DNA of 34,774 nt from Octopus sinensis. Its lineage: Eukaryota. Shown piece by piece: positions 23,201 to 34,774 of this stretch. Location: the NCBI RefSeq assembly GCF_006345805.1, contig NW_021831662.1, positions 1 through 34,774 of the forward strand. The letters are read 5' to 3'. The notes beneath the pieces are model-generated. The model saw only the letters and a list, made by a program, of their open reading frames with translations, did not search any database and had not been told where the DNA came from. A program made the translations under genes and the position numbers. Numbering within the stretch: the first letter of the stretch is position 1; every line of letters begins with the position of its first letter.

Positions 23201-24219
23201 TATTAACGTTACTAACATCGTCGCATCTAGGAAGTGTTTTGATCATCGCATAAGCATTTGTGAAATTCTGAACACTGCCGCTTTTTAAATTCTCGCCCAT
23301 ACCTTATTTTAATTGCAGTTAGACCACACGGAGTGATAAAAACAGACAATATTTCTGTTGCCATAGAAAGAAGATACTATCAGCAAGAGGCGTCAACTGC
23401 CTCCATTTATCATTTCCTCCATGTTGGAAAACATGATCATCTTACGCGTGGCTGTAGTTATAATATTTATCATTAGTAGGTGTGCAATTGTAGTAACTCT
23501 TAAAATACCGGTTGCGATACTACTACTACTACTACTACTGATGATGATGATAATAATAATAATAATAACAATAATAATGGTAATAATTTATAATAATGAT
23601 AATGGTTGTAGTAATATTAGAATGTAGTCACATTAGTTTCTTCGTTTCCTATTTTTCATTTTTTTCTATATTTATTTATTTATTTATTTATTTTTATTAT
23701 TTTTATTATTTTTTAAAAATATTCATCAAATAAAAATAGAACGAATTTATTCACGGAAGAAGCAAATATTTTTCCTGGCAGGAATGCCACTGCAGATAAA
23801 TAGAAATAATTGGAATCTAATTGCATTACTATCTGGAAATTTCACTGTATGGCATAAAGGAATGTCTTGAAGCAAAGGAAATTTTACTGCTTTTGAGACA
23901 GACAGTGCAGGAAAAATATGACGTAACACAAATTACGTAAGCAGCATCCATTTCTTTTGGCTTGGTGCTAATGTAAATTGTCTCATATAGCATATTATTT
24001 TGGCTTGACAGATAAATGAACGTGCTATAATATAGTGTCTATGAAAGTATTAGATAACAATCGGTAGAGCGGTCCAAAAAATGGCTTGCCTTCTTTACTT
24101 GCGTTTCGTTGTGTTTTCAGTTCGAATGCTCTCGAGATTGACGTATATATATATGTTTTGCTAAAATTGCAGTTCCTTTTGAGGTATCATCAGAAAGAAG
24201 GTAATTAGAATTCATTAAA

Positions 24220-25304
24220 ATGGCAGATCTATCGGACTTTCAAAGACGTCAAATTGTTGGTGTTCGTTTGGCAGGCGTTATTGTAACGAAAATATCCGAA
24301 ATATTTGGTGTATCAAGAAGTACTGTCTTGAAAGTAATGACAGCTTTGAGAAAGAGAGAGAAAAACTTCCTCGGCGAATCAAAACTCCGAAAGAAAACCA
24401 AAACTTCCAGATAGAGACCGTCGGACTGGACTCTTATGCGAATTGTTAGAAAGGATCACAAAAGTACAGCTCCCAAAAATACTGCAGAGCTTAATGACCA
24501 TCTCGTGAACCCAGTTTCCACAAAAACTGTTCGCTGGGAGCTGCACAAAGCTGGATAACACGGTAGGGCTGCAATTAGAAAACCACTACTTTCAAAAACA
24601 AACGTTCCAATGCATTTAGAGTGGACTAAAACCTTAAAGAATTGGTCCCTTGAGCAGTGGAAGAATGTAATTTTTTCGGACGAGTCATACTATACCTTAT
24701 TTCCAACCACCAGCCGAGTATACGTGTGGAGACAGCCAAAAGAAGCAGACCCAGACTGCCTTTTTCCAACTGTTAAACATGCAAGAGGATCTGTGATAAT
24801 CTGGACGGCTATATCCTGAAAATCCGGCGGCCCAGTGGTTTCCCTTCATAGAAGAATTAAGTGAAGACTATTTAAGCATTTTATCTGATCAAATTCATCC
24901 AATGATTGCGAAACTGTCTCTGGAGGGAAACGTAATCTTTCAAGATGATAATGCACCAATTCACACCGCTAAAGTTGTTACTGAATGGCGCGAGGAACAT
25001 TCTGGTGAAGTTGAACATCTTTTCTGGCCACCACTGTTTCCAGATCTCAATATTGGACATTTATGGTGCATTTAAAAAAGAAAAGTCAGGAGTCCGATAT
25101 CCTCCACCACCATTACTACAAGAACTGGAAACTGTTTTAGCTGAAGAGTGGGCAAATATTCCTTTGGAAACACTTCGAACTTTGTACGAGTCCATACCTA
25201 GTAGAATTCAACCTGTAATTACTGCCAATGGCGGTCCTACCCCATATCAAAATAAATCTGTTTGAAATTTAAAGGTGCTACCATTATTTTGTCCAAACCC
25301 TGTA
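24220..25304 (+). pseudogene. Tc1-family transposase pseudogene with right TIR
   Basis: N-terminal HTH (MADLSDFQRRQIVG...FGVSRSTV), W..VIFSDES, FQDDNAPIHT, WPP..PDLNI, GGPTPY; stops and frameshifts. Right end ccattattttgtccaaaccCTG|TA (25302-25304). No left TIR found. Confidence 0.88.
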
Positions 25305-25510
25305 TGCTATCTATTTACCTATCTATCTATATGTCTCTCTGTCTATTATCTATCCTTTCTATCTATCTATCTATCATTATCTATCTATCTATCTACTATC
25401 TATCTATGATTTCTATGTATCTATCTATGTATCGATCATCTATCTATCTATCTATCTACATCTATCTATCTATCTATCTATTATCTATCTGTATATCTAT
25501 CTATCTGTCT

Positions 25511-25590
<80 letters not shown>

Positions 25591-25800
25591 ATCTATCAGT
25601 CTGTCTGTCTGACCGTCTGTCTGTTTATCGTTATATAAAGACGTGTGTGTGTATGAGTGTGTGTGTATATGTGTATATGTTTGTATATGTATGTGCGTGT
25701 GTGAGTGTGTATATATGTGTGCGAATGTATGTGTGTGAGCGCGTGTGTGTATGTACGTGTGCGTATGTGTGCATGCGTATGTGCGTGTGTGTGTATACTA
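25305..25800. repeat. (ATCT)n followed by degenerate (TG)n
   Basis: Seen directly. Confidence 0.9.
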
Positions 25801-25932
25801 TATATATGATGCCTACCGCATCTTGTCAGATGACAGCCGTCTCAAGACGATAGTGAGACATCCGTACGTCACTGGATTTGAGTGACAAAACTACGTACAA
25901 CACCTGTTCCTCTGCCTCTGTTACCATTGCAG

Positions 25933-25962
25933 ATTCTAGAGACATTCATTGCAAGATGACAG
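25933..25962 (+). CDS. Candidate 30-nt cassette exon (phase 1: xSRDIHCKMT)
   Basis: cctctgcctctgttaccattgcAG|...ACAG|GTAAGT; only phase 1 is stop-free. May instead be internal to an antisense repeat. Confidence 0.35.
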
Positions 25963-26059
25963 GTAAGTTTTCTACCAGACTGTCTTTCTCCGAGAAGGGC
26001 TGCATTCCTCCTCGGCTGTGTCAAAAATAATGGGCGGCTGCTGAATGTCTAGGAAACCT

Positions 26060-26190
26060 ATTTGACCCAGAGAGAGGGTCCTGACAGGCGCCACCGATCC
26101 CTTCCAGAATGGACTTGGGAGCAATGGTGATTAGAGGGGTGGCTCCACATACCACACAACTCACCGGGTGCATTTTAATGTCATACACAC
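26060..26190 (-). mobile_element. Degraded SINE central-domain fragment (Nin/Deu-like, by recall)
   Basis: tttgacccagagagagggtcctgacaggcgccacc...gaatggacttgggagcaatggtgattagaggggtggctccac resembles an abundant octopus repeat; not database-verified. Confidence 0.45.
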
Positions 26191-27618
26191 AACACGTATA
26201 TTATGTGTTTGTGTGTGTCCTGTACTCTATTTTTTTGTTGTTTTAAAAAAATGTCCAGTTCCTTGGGTTTGTGTCTATGTTTTCATTTCTCATTGTGTTC
26301 GACGTCTTTTTGGTGTCCTGTACTCATATATGCGTGTATATGTACATGTAGAGGTAGGTACGTACATATATGTTTATATATAGCATATGTTTATTTATTA
26401 ATATATTATATATATATATATATTATATATATATATATTATATATACAATGAATATTGTAATACTAAATTAATATTATGATATGCATTATAATATAGGCG
26501 GTTATAGCAATTAAAACCAAAAGGCAAAATTTCATAATGAGGGTGCAGATTAGCACCTGCAATTGCTAGAAATAAGAGCTAAAAATATAATTCGAATAGC
26601 CACACAAAATGGCCAACTTCATGAGACATTCAGGAACTGCGAGGGGCACACCACATCTTTCTTCGGCGAGATAAATTCATAGAATGAAGCATTTGATAAA
26701 ACCTTTTCACGTGATTTCGTAATTTGACCAACATGGTCTTGTTTCTCGTCACGTGTTTCCATAATCTACACCGAGTTAAAGAAATAGCTTGCTTCCCATT
26801 TGCTCATGAGAGAAAAAAATATCCGTTGAACAGCGGAGCGCTAAAATTCAAAACGGCTAAAGTGTATATAAAAATACAATGAAATAAAAAAGAAAATTAA
26901 TATATTATGATGTATTAACTACATTATGATATACGTGATTGTAGTAATTAAAACCAAAAAAACAAATTTTCTGCGGTTGCTAGAAATAAGAGCTAAAAGC
27001 TACAACACTGAGGAGAAACAAGACCGAGTTGGTTAATGTGTGTATGCGCATGTATTTATTTATATATGTATGTATTATGTGTGTATGTGTGTGTGTTGGT
27101 TGTGGGCGTACGTGTGCGTGCGTGTGTACATGCAACTCGAACTGCTGACCTCTCCACAACTTACGAGGCTCGCTATGAAAGTAGGTGACGTTCTTTTCTC
27201 TAGGTTGTAGGAGGAAGCTCACCGCTATTCCCACGTGACTGTTGAAAAAAAGTAGGAAGGCCAAGCCCTTTCCAATGTATCATACATACTCTAGAGATCC
27301 AGTAACCTGTATGTTTGCCAGAAGTGCACTTTCTTTCCGCATATTTACCCAAAAAATTAGTTTTAAGAAAAAAATATTAGCTTCAATGAATTTTTGAGAT
27401 AATAGGTGCAATTAATTGTGATTTATATATTTTGGAATCCTGAAGGAATTGCTAGATTCCATCGCAGTTGCGAGTCCACAGAGCCTATGAGTCTAGTATT
27501 TCTTTTACGTTTGGAATTTTAATGAATACTATATAATAATCCTCGATTATATACACTCACACGCACATATATAGATGGATAAATAGATAGATAGACACAT
27601 ACATAGTTATACATGCAC

Positions 27619-27674
<56 letters not shown>

Positions 27675-28099
27675 GGCAGATAGATAGATATATGCATACA
27701 TGTATAGAGAGATACATACATACATACATACCATACATACAAACATATATATACGTGTATATATACATATATTATATATATGTATATACATCTGTATGGA
27801 TATATGTTTATGCGTATATAGACGCATGGTATATGTATGTGCGTATACACACACATATACACACACACATATATACACCATTAAGAAGAAGAGATTTCTC
27901 TTATTTCTAATAACCCAATAGCACGCATATTTCGAATTAATAATAGTTTTAAACAAAATATCATATTTATCGCTACATTTAATACGGGAGGAACTATGTA
28001 AAAAATACCTTTATATCTTCAACGGTAATCTCAGTCTACATTGATAAATTTCGAAATTTAAATATTAGAAGATTCTCAAATTTACATTAAGTGGCCATA

Positions 28100-28670
28100 G
28101 TGAGGCGCGTGGCTTATTAGCTAGGTTATTCGGCTCCCGATTTTAAGGGCATGAGTTCGGTTTCTCGCGTTGTGTCCTTGAGCAAAACACTTTGTTTCAT
28201 CTTGCTCCAGTCTACTCAGCTGGCAAATATGAGTTGTACCAGCAATTCAAAGGGACCTTTTTGTGTCACGCTGAGCCAGTGGTAGAGGTGCTGTACGAAG
28301 TTTTGTCACTGAAATTCAATGACGTACAGATGTCTCACCATCGTCTCGAGACGGCTGTCATCTGACAAGATGCGGCAAGCATCATACATAGTATGCACAT
28401 ACACACACACGCACACATACACACACATACACACATACACACACGCTCACATACATACGCGCAAACACATACACATACACACACACGCTCACATACATAT
28501 ATACGCACATATATATATATATATAGCCTTTCTGTATCACGCTGAATCTACCTGAGTACGAAATGTCGGTGGAATGCTCAGTCACTTACACGTAAATTTC
28601 ACGAGCTGGATGTTAAGTTGATCGGATCAACTTGAACCTTGGTTGTCGTAATCAACAGAGAACCAGACGT
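28100..28670 (+). mobile_element. CORE-like SINE (tail A) interrupted by a 252-bp insertion with 19-bp TSD
   Basis: Head and CORE-like body at 28100-28274; tail resumes at 28546. cctttttgtgtcacgctga (28256-28274) and cctttctgtatcacgctga (28527-28545) match 17/19. Confidence 0.75.
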
Positions 28671-29254
28671 ATGGCTTCTGCATCGTTCGAATTGTGCTCA
28701 ACCCAACAAAAACTAAATATGAAAGAAAGTAAATGAACGGTGTAGGCTCTCCGGAGTCATCCAACTCGCAAGCGAAAGGAAGAAATAAAACTCAAAAAAA
28801 ATCCTAGCCAAATCTCGCTTGAATCACATCCTGCTCTTATAGAAGGATGGAATTTGAGGGTGATTTGAGCTTGTCGAAGAAACATAGCGGATCGATTAAA
28901 GACTCTCGGTTATAGAGTCTTGGTTAAAGAGTCACGGATCTATTAAGCTGCCAAACTTTAAAAAAAATACAAAATGGTTGGTTGATTTGTTCGACAAGCG
29001 CCTCCCCGCATAAATGCAGTCGAGTGATTGAATCCTAGCGGGAGGTAAACGATAAATGATGGGGAGATAACTGTGTGTATGCCTTATCGTGTTACTCTAA
29101 ACCACTTTGTTTGGGACATTTATGAGAGCAAGAAGGGTAAGTTGACTGAAGGGAGATTTGATCTCTGATAAATTAAAACAAATTAGAAAGAAAAAAAAGG
29201 AAAGAGATCAGAAAAGCGAGAGTATACCTGCTCGGTTTGGAATTAAGTGAGCCC

Positions 29255-29774
29255 TGTGATTATGATGAAGACGATAGTGATGATAATGATGATGGGTTCG
29301 AAGACGAAGAAGAAAACAGCTATGGTGATGATGAGGAGGATGATGGTGATGATGATGAAAACGACAACGACGACGACGACGACGATGATGATGATGATGA
29401 TGATGATGATAATGATGACGTTGATGATGATGGTGGTGGTGATGATAATGATAAGGGTGATGATGATGATAATGATGATGATGATGACGATGATGGTGAT
29501 GATGATGATGACAATAATGATGAGGGTGGTGGAGGTGATGGTGGCAGTGGTGTTGGTGGTGGTGGTGGTGATGATGATGATGATGATGACGATGATGGAA
29601 TGGATCTTGGAAATTGAAAGGTCTCTCGCCCCTATAAATCATGTTGGAAATATCGATTTCTCAGTTGTGTGTACTTTTCACCAAATGTCTGGTTTTGTTG
29701 CCACACATTTGAGTGGAGATGGACAAAGGGATCTGGATGACGATGATGATGATGATGAGGAGGAGGAGGAGGAA

Positions 29775-29818
<44 letters not shown>

Positions 29819-29965
29819 CGACGATGACGAGGACGATGATGATGACGACGTCGACGATGATGATGATAATGATGATAATGATGACGATGATGATGATGAT
29901 GACGATGACGACGATGACGATGATGACGACGATGATGGTGATGATGGTGATCATGATGATGATAT

Positions 29966-29998
<33 letters not shown>

Positions 29999-30325
29999 CC
30001 ACGATGACGACGATGATGATGATGACGACGACGATGGTGATGATGATGATGCTGATATTGATGATGCTGATGACGATGATGATGACGACGACGATGATGT
30101 TATTGATGATAGTGATGATGTGGAGGAGGAGATGCAGGAGCAGGAGGAGCAGGAGGATTGTGATGACAACATTGATGATGTTGGAGATGATTATGATAAC
30201 GACGACGACGACGACGCCTATATAATGACGATAACAATGATGATAACAGCGACGATGACGACGACGACAATTACGATGATAATGACGACGACAATTGTGA
30301 AGCTGATGATGATGATGATAATGCA
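29255..30325. repeat. Two long degenerate (GAT/GAC/GAG)n tracts separated by a short unique spacer
   Basis: Seen directly; the spacer 29610-29662 recurs at 30336-30388 (42/53 ungapped). Confidence 0.85.
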
Positions 30326-30483
30326 TTGAATCGTAGAAATTCAAATGTCTTCGCCCCCAATAAATTATCTTCCAAATATCGATTTCTCCATTGTTGTAAT
30401 CTTTTGCTATAAATGTGTGGTTCTGTTGACACACATTTCTAGGGAGAATAGAGCAGTCTAGTGAAAAAGAAACATTACTACTA

Positions 30484-30557
<74 letters not shown>

Positions 30558-30650
30558 ATACACACATGTATCTATATACATACATATATACATCATATAT
30601 ATATAATGCATATACAAATACGTATAAACATATGTACATACATATTTATC

Positions 30651-30705
<55 letters not shown>

Positions 30706-30782
30706 CATCTACTACTGCCACACACACAGACACACACACACATATGTATCTATATACATACATATATACATAGTCATGTAAA

Positions 30783-31378
30783 ATATGTGAGGCCTTTCAG
30801 CAGCATTTTGCCCGACTGTTCGGGACGAGTGGCGGGCAAGAACGTAGGGTGGACTACCTACACAGCCTGCTACGACTCTCGACAAGAGAGGCAGGGTGCT
30901 GCGAAGGTGCCATCACGGCGGCGGAAGTGCGGAACGCGATGGCAGAATGCTCGAGGGACAAATCGCCGGGTTTACCCTACGAGCTTTACGGTTGTATGCC
31001 AGACTTGTTTGGAGACGTCTTGGTAGCGGTGTACTGCAAATGGCAGCAAAACGAGAGCATCCCTGGTTTTGTGAGCCGAGGAGCCGTAACACTACTGAGA
31101 AAAGATCTAAACAAGGGGAATGTAATAGATAACTTTAGACTCATCACTCTGCTTAATGCATACCTGAAAAGTTTGGCCAAGGTGTTAACCAAGAGGTTGG
31201 CGCTTGTTATCGAGAAACTGGTCGACAAGGCGCAAACGTGCGCCGTGCCGGAGCATCCATGACAACCTCTATCTGATGCGCTACATCATAGACAGGGTAG
31301 TTAAGGAACCTGGCATGGGTGGGGCACTGATCAATTTGGATCAATCGAAAGCTTTCGATAGGGTAGACCATCGATACA
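30783..31378 (+). pseudogene. Tx1/L1-clade reverse transcriptase N-terminal fragment
   Basis: EAFQQHFARLF...ITAAEV..AM....DKSPGLPYELY...VTLLRK...NFRLITLLN...K.LAKVL..RL...AQT.AVP / RSIHDNL..MR.II...[17 protein letters not shown]; one frameshift; cut off by (TA)n. Confidence 0.85.
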
Positions 31379-31389
31379 TCCATACATAC

Positions 31390-31443
<54 letters not shown>

Positions 31444-31564
31444 ATATATATAGGTATTTATATAGAGATATATACAAATACATACATATATATATATACA
31501 CACATATATATACATATATATATACATACATTTATATATGTATATAAATAGATAAATAGATATA

Positions 31565-32300
31565 TATGTTTCTTTATTAGCCACACAGGGCTGCGCACAG
31601 ACGGGACAGATTACAAAGTAGAGCTTTTCCTTTTGGGGAGAAAAAAAGTGGGGTAGGTTTTCGATCAAAAGGGATCGTAAAAGGGAAAGAAAAAAAAGAA
31701 AAAAACGGGACAGAAAAAAAAGAAAAAGAAAAAAACCATCAATAGCGATCGTGTATCACAGAAATGTCATGATGTAAAGTGTAAAGGGGGAAGCAGATAA
31801 CGTTTATCCGTGGAAAGAAAACCCTACGAAAAAGACCACGGTCACCTCGGTCAATAATGTTACATGTTAACAAATTTGTTTGCAAGTAGGTAACCCTCTG
31901 TTTTAAAATTTTCCAGGTTCATAGGATTATGCTCAAGGTGGCTTCGTCATTCATACGAGCCATCCTTGCTACATTCACCCATCTTTTTTTGAGACATTTG
32001 CTAGACAAAACTTGCCTCTCTACTCTCACTTTCCTCTTCAGGTGATACTTGAAGAAGTTGATGAGAGATTGACCAGAGAGAAAAGTGTTTATCTCAAATC
32101 CTTTCAGACGCGTCCACCAGATACATTCTTTCGCCATAGCCACAAGTATGATGAAAATAGCTCTTCCTTCCCGTTTGAAGGAAGGAGGTGTGACGATATG
32201 ACGATAGACTCAGCTGACAACCGACTCGTCCCACACGTGACAGCATTCGTTCGACATAAGCCAACAGGTCGGAAATGTTGGACTCTGTATAGATGTGATA
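31565..32300 (-). mobile_element. 3' end of a Tx1/L1-clade LINE (ORF2 C-terminus, 3' UTR, AATAAA, (TA)n)
   Basis: ILVAMAKECIWWTRLKG...FFKYHLKRKVRVERQVL...KRW matches the Tx1-type AK..IW..R...F...L..R.R.E...W end; a UTR of about 350 nt ends ctaataaagaaacatata. Confidence 0.7.
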
Positions 32301-32493
32301 TACTTTATAATATATATATATATATATATATAATATATATATATATATAGATAGAGAGAGAGAGAGAGAGAGAGAAAGTCGTGTTTACCAATAGATGTGC
32401 GACAGCTACTGTGAGCTTCGATCGTCATCGCCATCATCGCCATCATCATCATCATCATCATTGCTCAGTCTGCTTTCTATATAAAAAAAAAAA

Positions 32494-32812
32494 GACTTCG
32501 CCGGTTACGACGACGAGGGTCCCAGCTGATACGATCAACGGAACAGCTTGCTCGTGAAATAACGTGCAAATGGCTGAGCATCCACAGACACGTGTACCCT
32601 TAACGTAGTTCTCGGGGATAATCAGCGTGACACAGAGAGTGACAAGGCTGACCCTTTGAAATACAAGTACAACTCATTTTTGCCAGCTGAGTGGACTGGA
32701 GCAACGTGAAATAAAGTGTCTTGCTCAAGGACACAACGCGTCGCCGGGAATCGAACTCACAACCTTACGATCATGAGCCGAATGCCCTAACCACTAAGCC
32801 ACGCGCCCTCAC
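32494..32812 (-). mobile_element. Full-length CORE-like SINE (tail A)
   Basis: A-box TGGCTTAGTGG, B-box GAGTTCGATTCC, tgtgtccttgagcaagacactttatttcacgttgctccagtccactcagctgg, tail shared with 1111-1300, ends in a T-run. Confidence 0.85.
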
Positions 32813-33928
32813 TTCTGCACTTCTGCCAACATTTGAACCGTCTGTGTATTCATTACTGTTGCTGTTTAACCTGAGTTCAATTCACATCCACACCATCTAT
32901 GATCGAAATCAAATCCTCCACAACTATTCTGTTATTTTAGAGATAAGTCATGATCGTATGGTTTGAAGGATATTGAAATATCTCATTTCCAAGCGCCTAT
33001 GTCATGCTGATAATTTCAAAAACGAATGAAATTGTTCTACACCTGGTTATCACTTCCTAGAAATTCTAAGAACTTCCTAATAGAGAAAACAAAATCAACT
33101 CTCTGTGAACGCTAAGGATGTCCTTCCTCGTATTTCTTAATTTGAAATTCAAATTTCTATACCTGCCTCGTGTTGTGAGAGCATAGTTACCTCGCTTGTA
33201 TTTACGGCCATGGTAAGAGAGCGCCACATGCGTGTGTATGTATTGGCGTACGCACTCACATATACACGCATGCGCACACACATACGTATGCTCACATATC
33301 TTCTGGATTACTATTGCCTTGGTGCTAAACCCCAACGATATCATCTGTGGGTTTATCCACCGCCACCACAACACTGATATAGTCAAGGTATGATATTGCA
33401 CTCACTCCTAAGGCAGCCATCCGGCAGAATCATTAACATCTCGAAAAAAATGCTTAGCTATATTACTTCCGGTCTTTATATTCTAAGTTCAATTTCCATC
33501 GAGTCCAAATTTGCGCTTCATCCTTTCTTGGTCGATAAAAGAAAGTACCATGGCTATATGAGAGAAGATTAGACCTGGCTATGATAGGTATATCAGATGG
33601 GTGGGGGGGGGGCTAGAGGGTGTCTGCAGATGCACCGATAGCAATAAGTGTTAGCTTGATATTGTTCTGAATCAAAATGTTTGCAATATTTTGGTAAATT
33701 ATTTTATTCGTCAAGTCAACACAAAAATCAGGCTAACATTGAAAATGGAGGCCATCGCGTTGCAGTGTCTGAAGCCGCCTTTCTGCCAGCTCTTTAATTC
33801 CACATCGGTACCGATTCTTGTCCTTCTAAGCAAGAACTGCTTCCCTGAAGCTTATATCTCTTCTTGGCTTATGAAGTGTCGCAGTTTGAATAATAAACCA
33901 TATAAGTTACAAAATATTCCCTAAACAT

Positions 33929-34315
33929 TTGTTGTTGTTGGCATCATTTTGTCTCGAGAGACAATGGAATTGCACATAAACTAATCCAGTCTGGTTTTTA
34001 CATTTCATGTCTTTCCTGTTTTGCGCAGGCCTTGGTTAAACGTAAGAAAATCCTGGGTAGCCCAATCCTCACGAATCCTCTCTTGACCTTGCTGACGTAG
34101 TCCAAAGGAGTGCAGAGCATTTCGTTTGGCACCAGCTTGGTTGCAGGAGCTGCCAGAAGAGTGTCGAGTCGAACACTAAACCGCCTACAGGGCTCCACTC
34201 CGGATTTCTTCGAAGGTTGTCTCCTTTCCGTAACCCGTGATAGGGGCCCTTACCGAGTACTGTCAGCCAGAGCCAGCTGATCCCGGGATCGTGTCAGGCA
34301 GGGTTATCACTCCCT
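33929..34315 (-). mobile_element. RTE-derived non-autonomous element with (CAA)n tail
   Basis: Ends ccattgtctctcgagacaaaatgatgccaacaacaac, an RTE-like 3' end by recall. The GC-rich upstream part resembles RTE 5' UTR sequence; no RT coding. Confidence 0.45.
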
Positions 34316-34774
34316 GAAGTAGTGAAGAAAATCGCTACCCACTACCTACTGCCTAAACATTAGACTTAACATAAATTTTTTTCAGCCCATACGCCCTAGC
34401 GACATATGTCCGGTTGTTATTTAGGCAACTCTGTATGTATGAGAATATACCCACGTGGACTATAATGTCTGTTTATGCAGTATACTAGGCTTTCTAGGTT
34501 GGTGGACACATTTTGCAATTTAAGCAGTTTATAATGTAACTTCGTAATTGTTTATGATGCGATGTTGCACTAATACAATCTACAGACTCACTAATTAATA
34601 AGATTTCCCAGTCCACGCCTGGATGTTGAATGAATATCTTTGGTAGGGTACAATATTGGAATTCCAAATTGCTTTGAGTTGGAACGTATCGCAGAGACAA
34701 CGCCAAACGCTCTCTTTTAAAACGCTCGCCATCAAACACTTATACATGCAAAGGCGCAAACACACATATAATGG

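Noticed and set aside
30783-32300. Twin-priming 5' inversion of a single L1/Tx1
   Set aside because: The inverted RT piece lies beyond the 3' tail rather than 5' of the body, which is the wrong geometry.
34200-34380. HDV-like ribozyme at the start of the RTE-like piece
   Set aside because: Could not assemble P1/P2/P3/P1.1 by eye; left as a computational check.

Overview
This is repeat-saturated, AT-rich eukaryotic DNA, probably intronic or intergenic. The SINE families and microsatellite load look like Octopus or a related coleoid cephalopod; that is recognition from memory, not a database result. I found no intact protein-coding gene, and most listed ORFs are read-throughs of microsatellites. 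Supported content: (1) many tRNA-derived SINEs built from interchangeable modules; (2) decayed non-LTR retrotransposons: a 2.6-kb 5'-truncated R4/Dong-like element in (TAA)n, a second Dong-like 3' end, a CRE-like endonuclease fragment, two Tx1/L1-like fragments, a CR1/L2-like 3' end and an RTE-derived non-autonomous piece; (3) a Tc1 transposase pseudogene; (4) Penelope-like pseudo-LTR pieces with minimal hammerhead motifs and long perfect hairpins. The best leads are a 42-nt 3' tail shared between the most common SINE here and a Tx1-like LINE, and a 100-bp, 90%-identical inverted copy (inside a 19-bp TSD insertion) that brackets a candidate 30-nt cassette exon. There are also several frame-preserving + strand microexon candidates (3, 9, 30 and 81 nt), all unverified.
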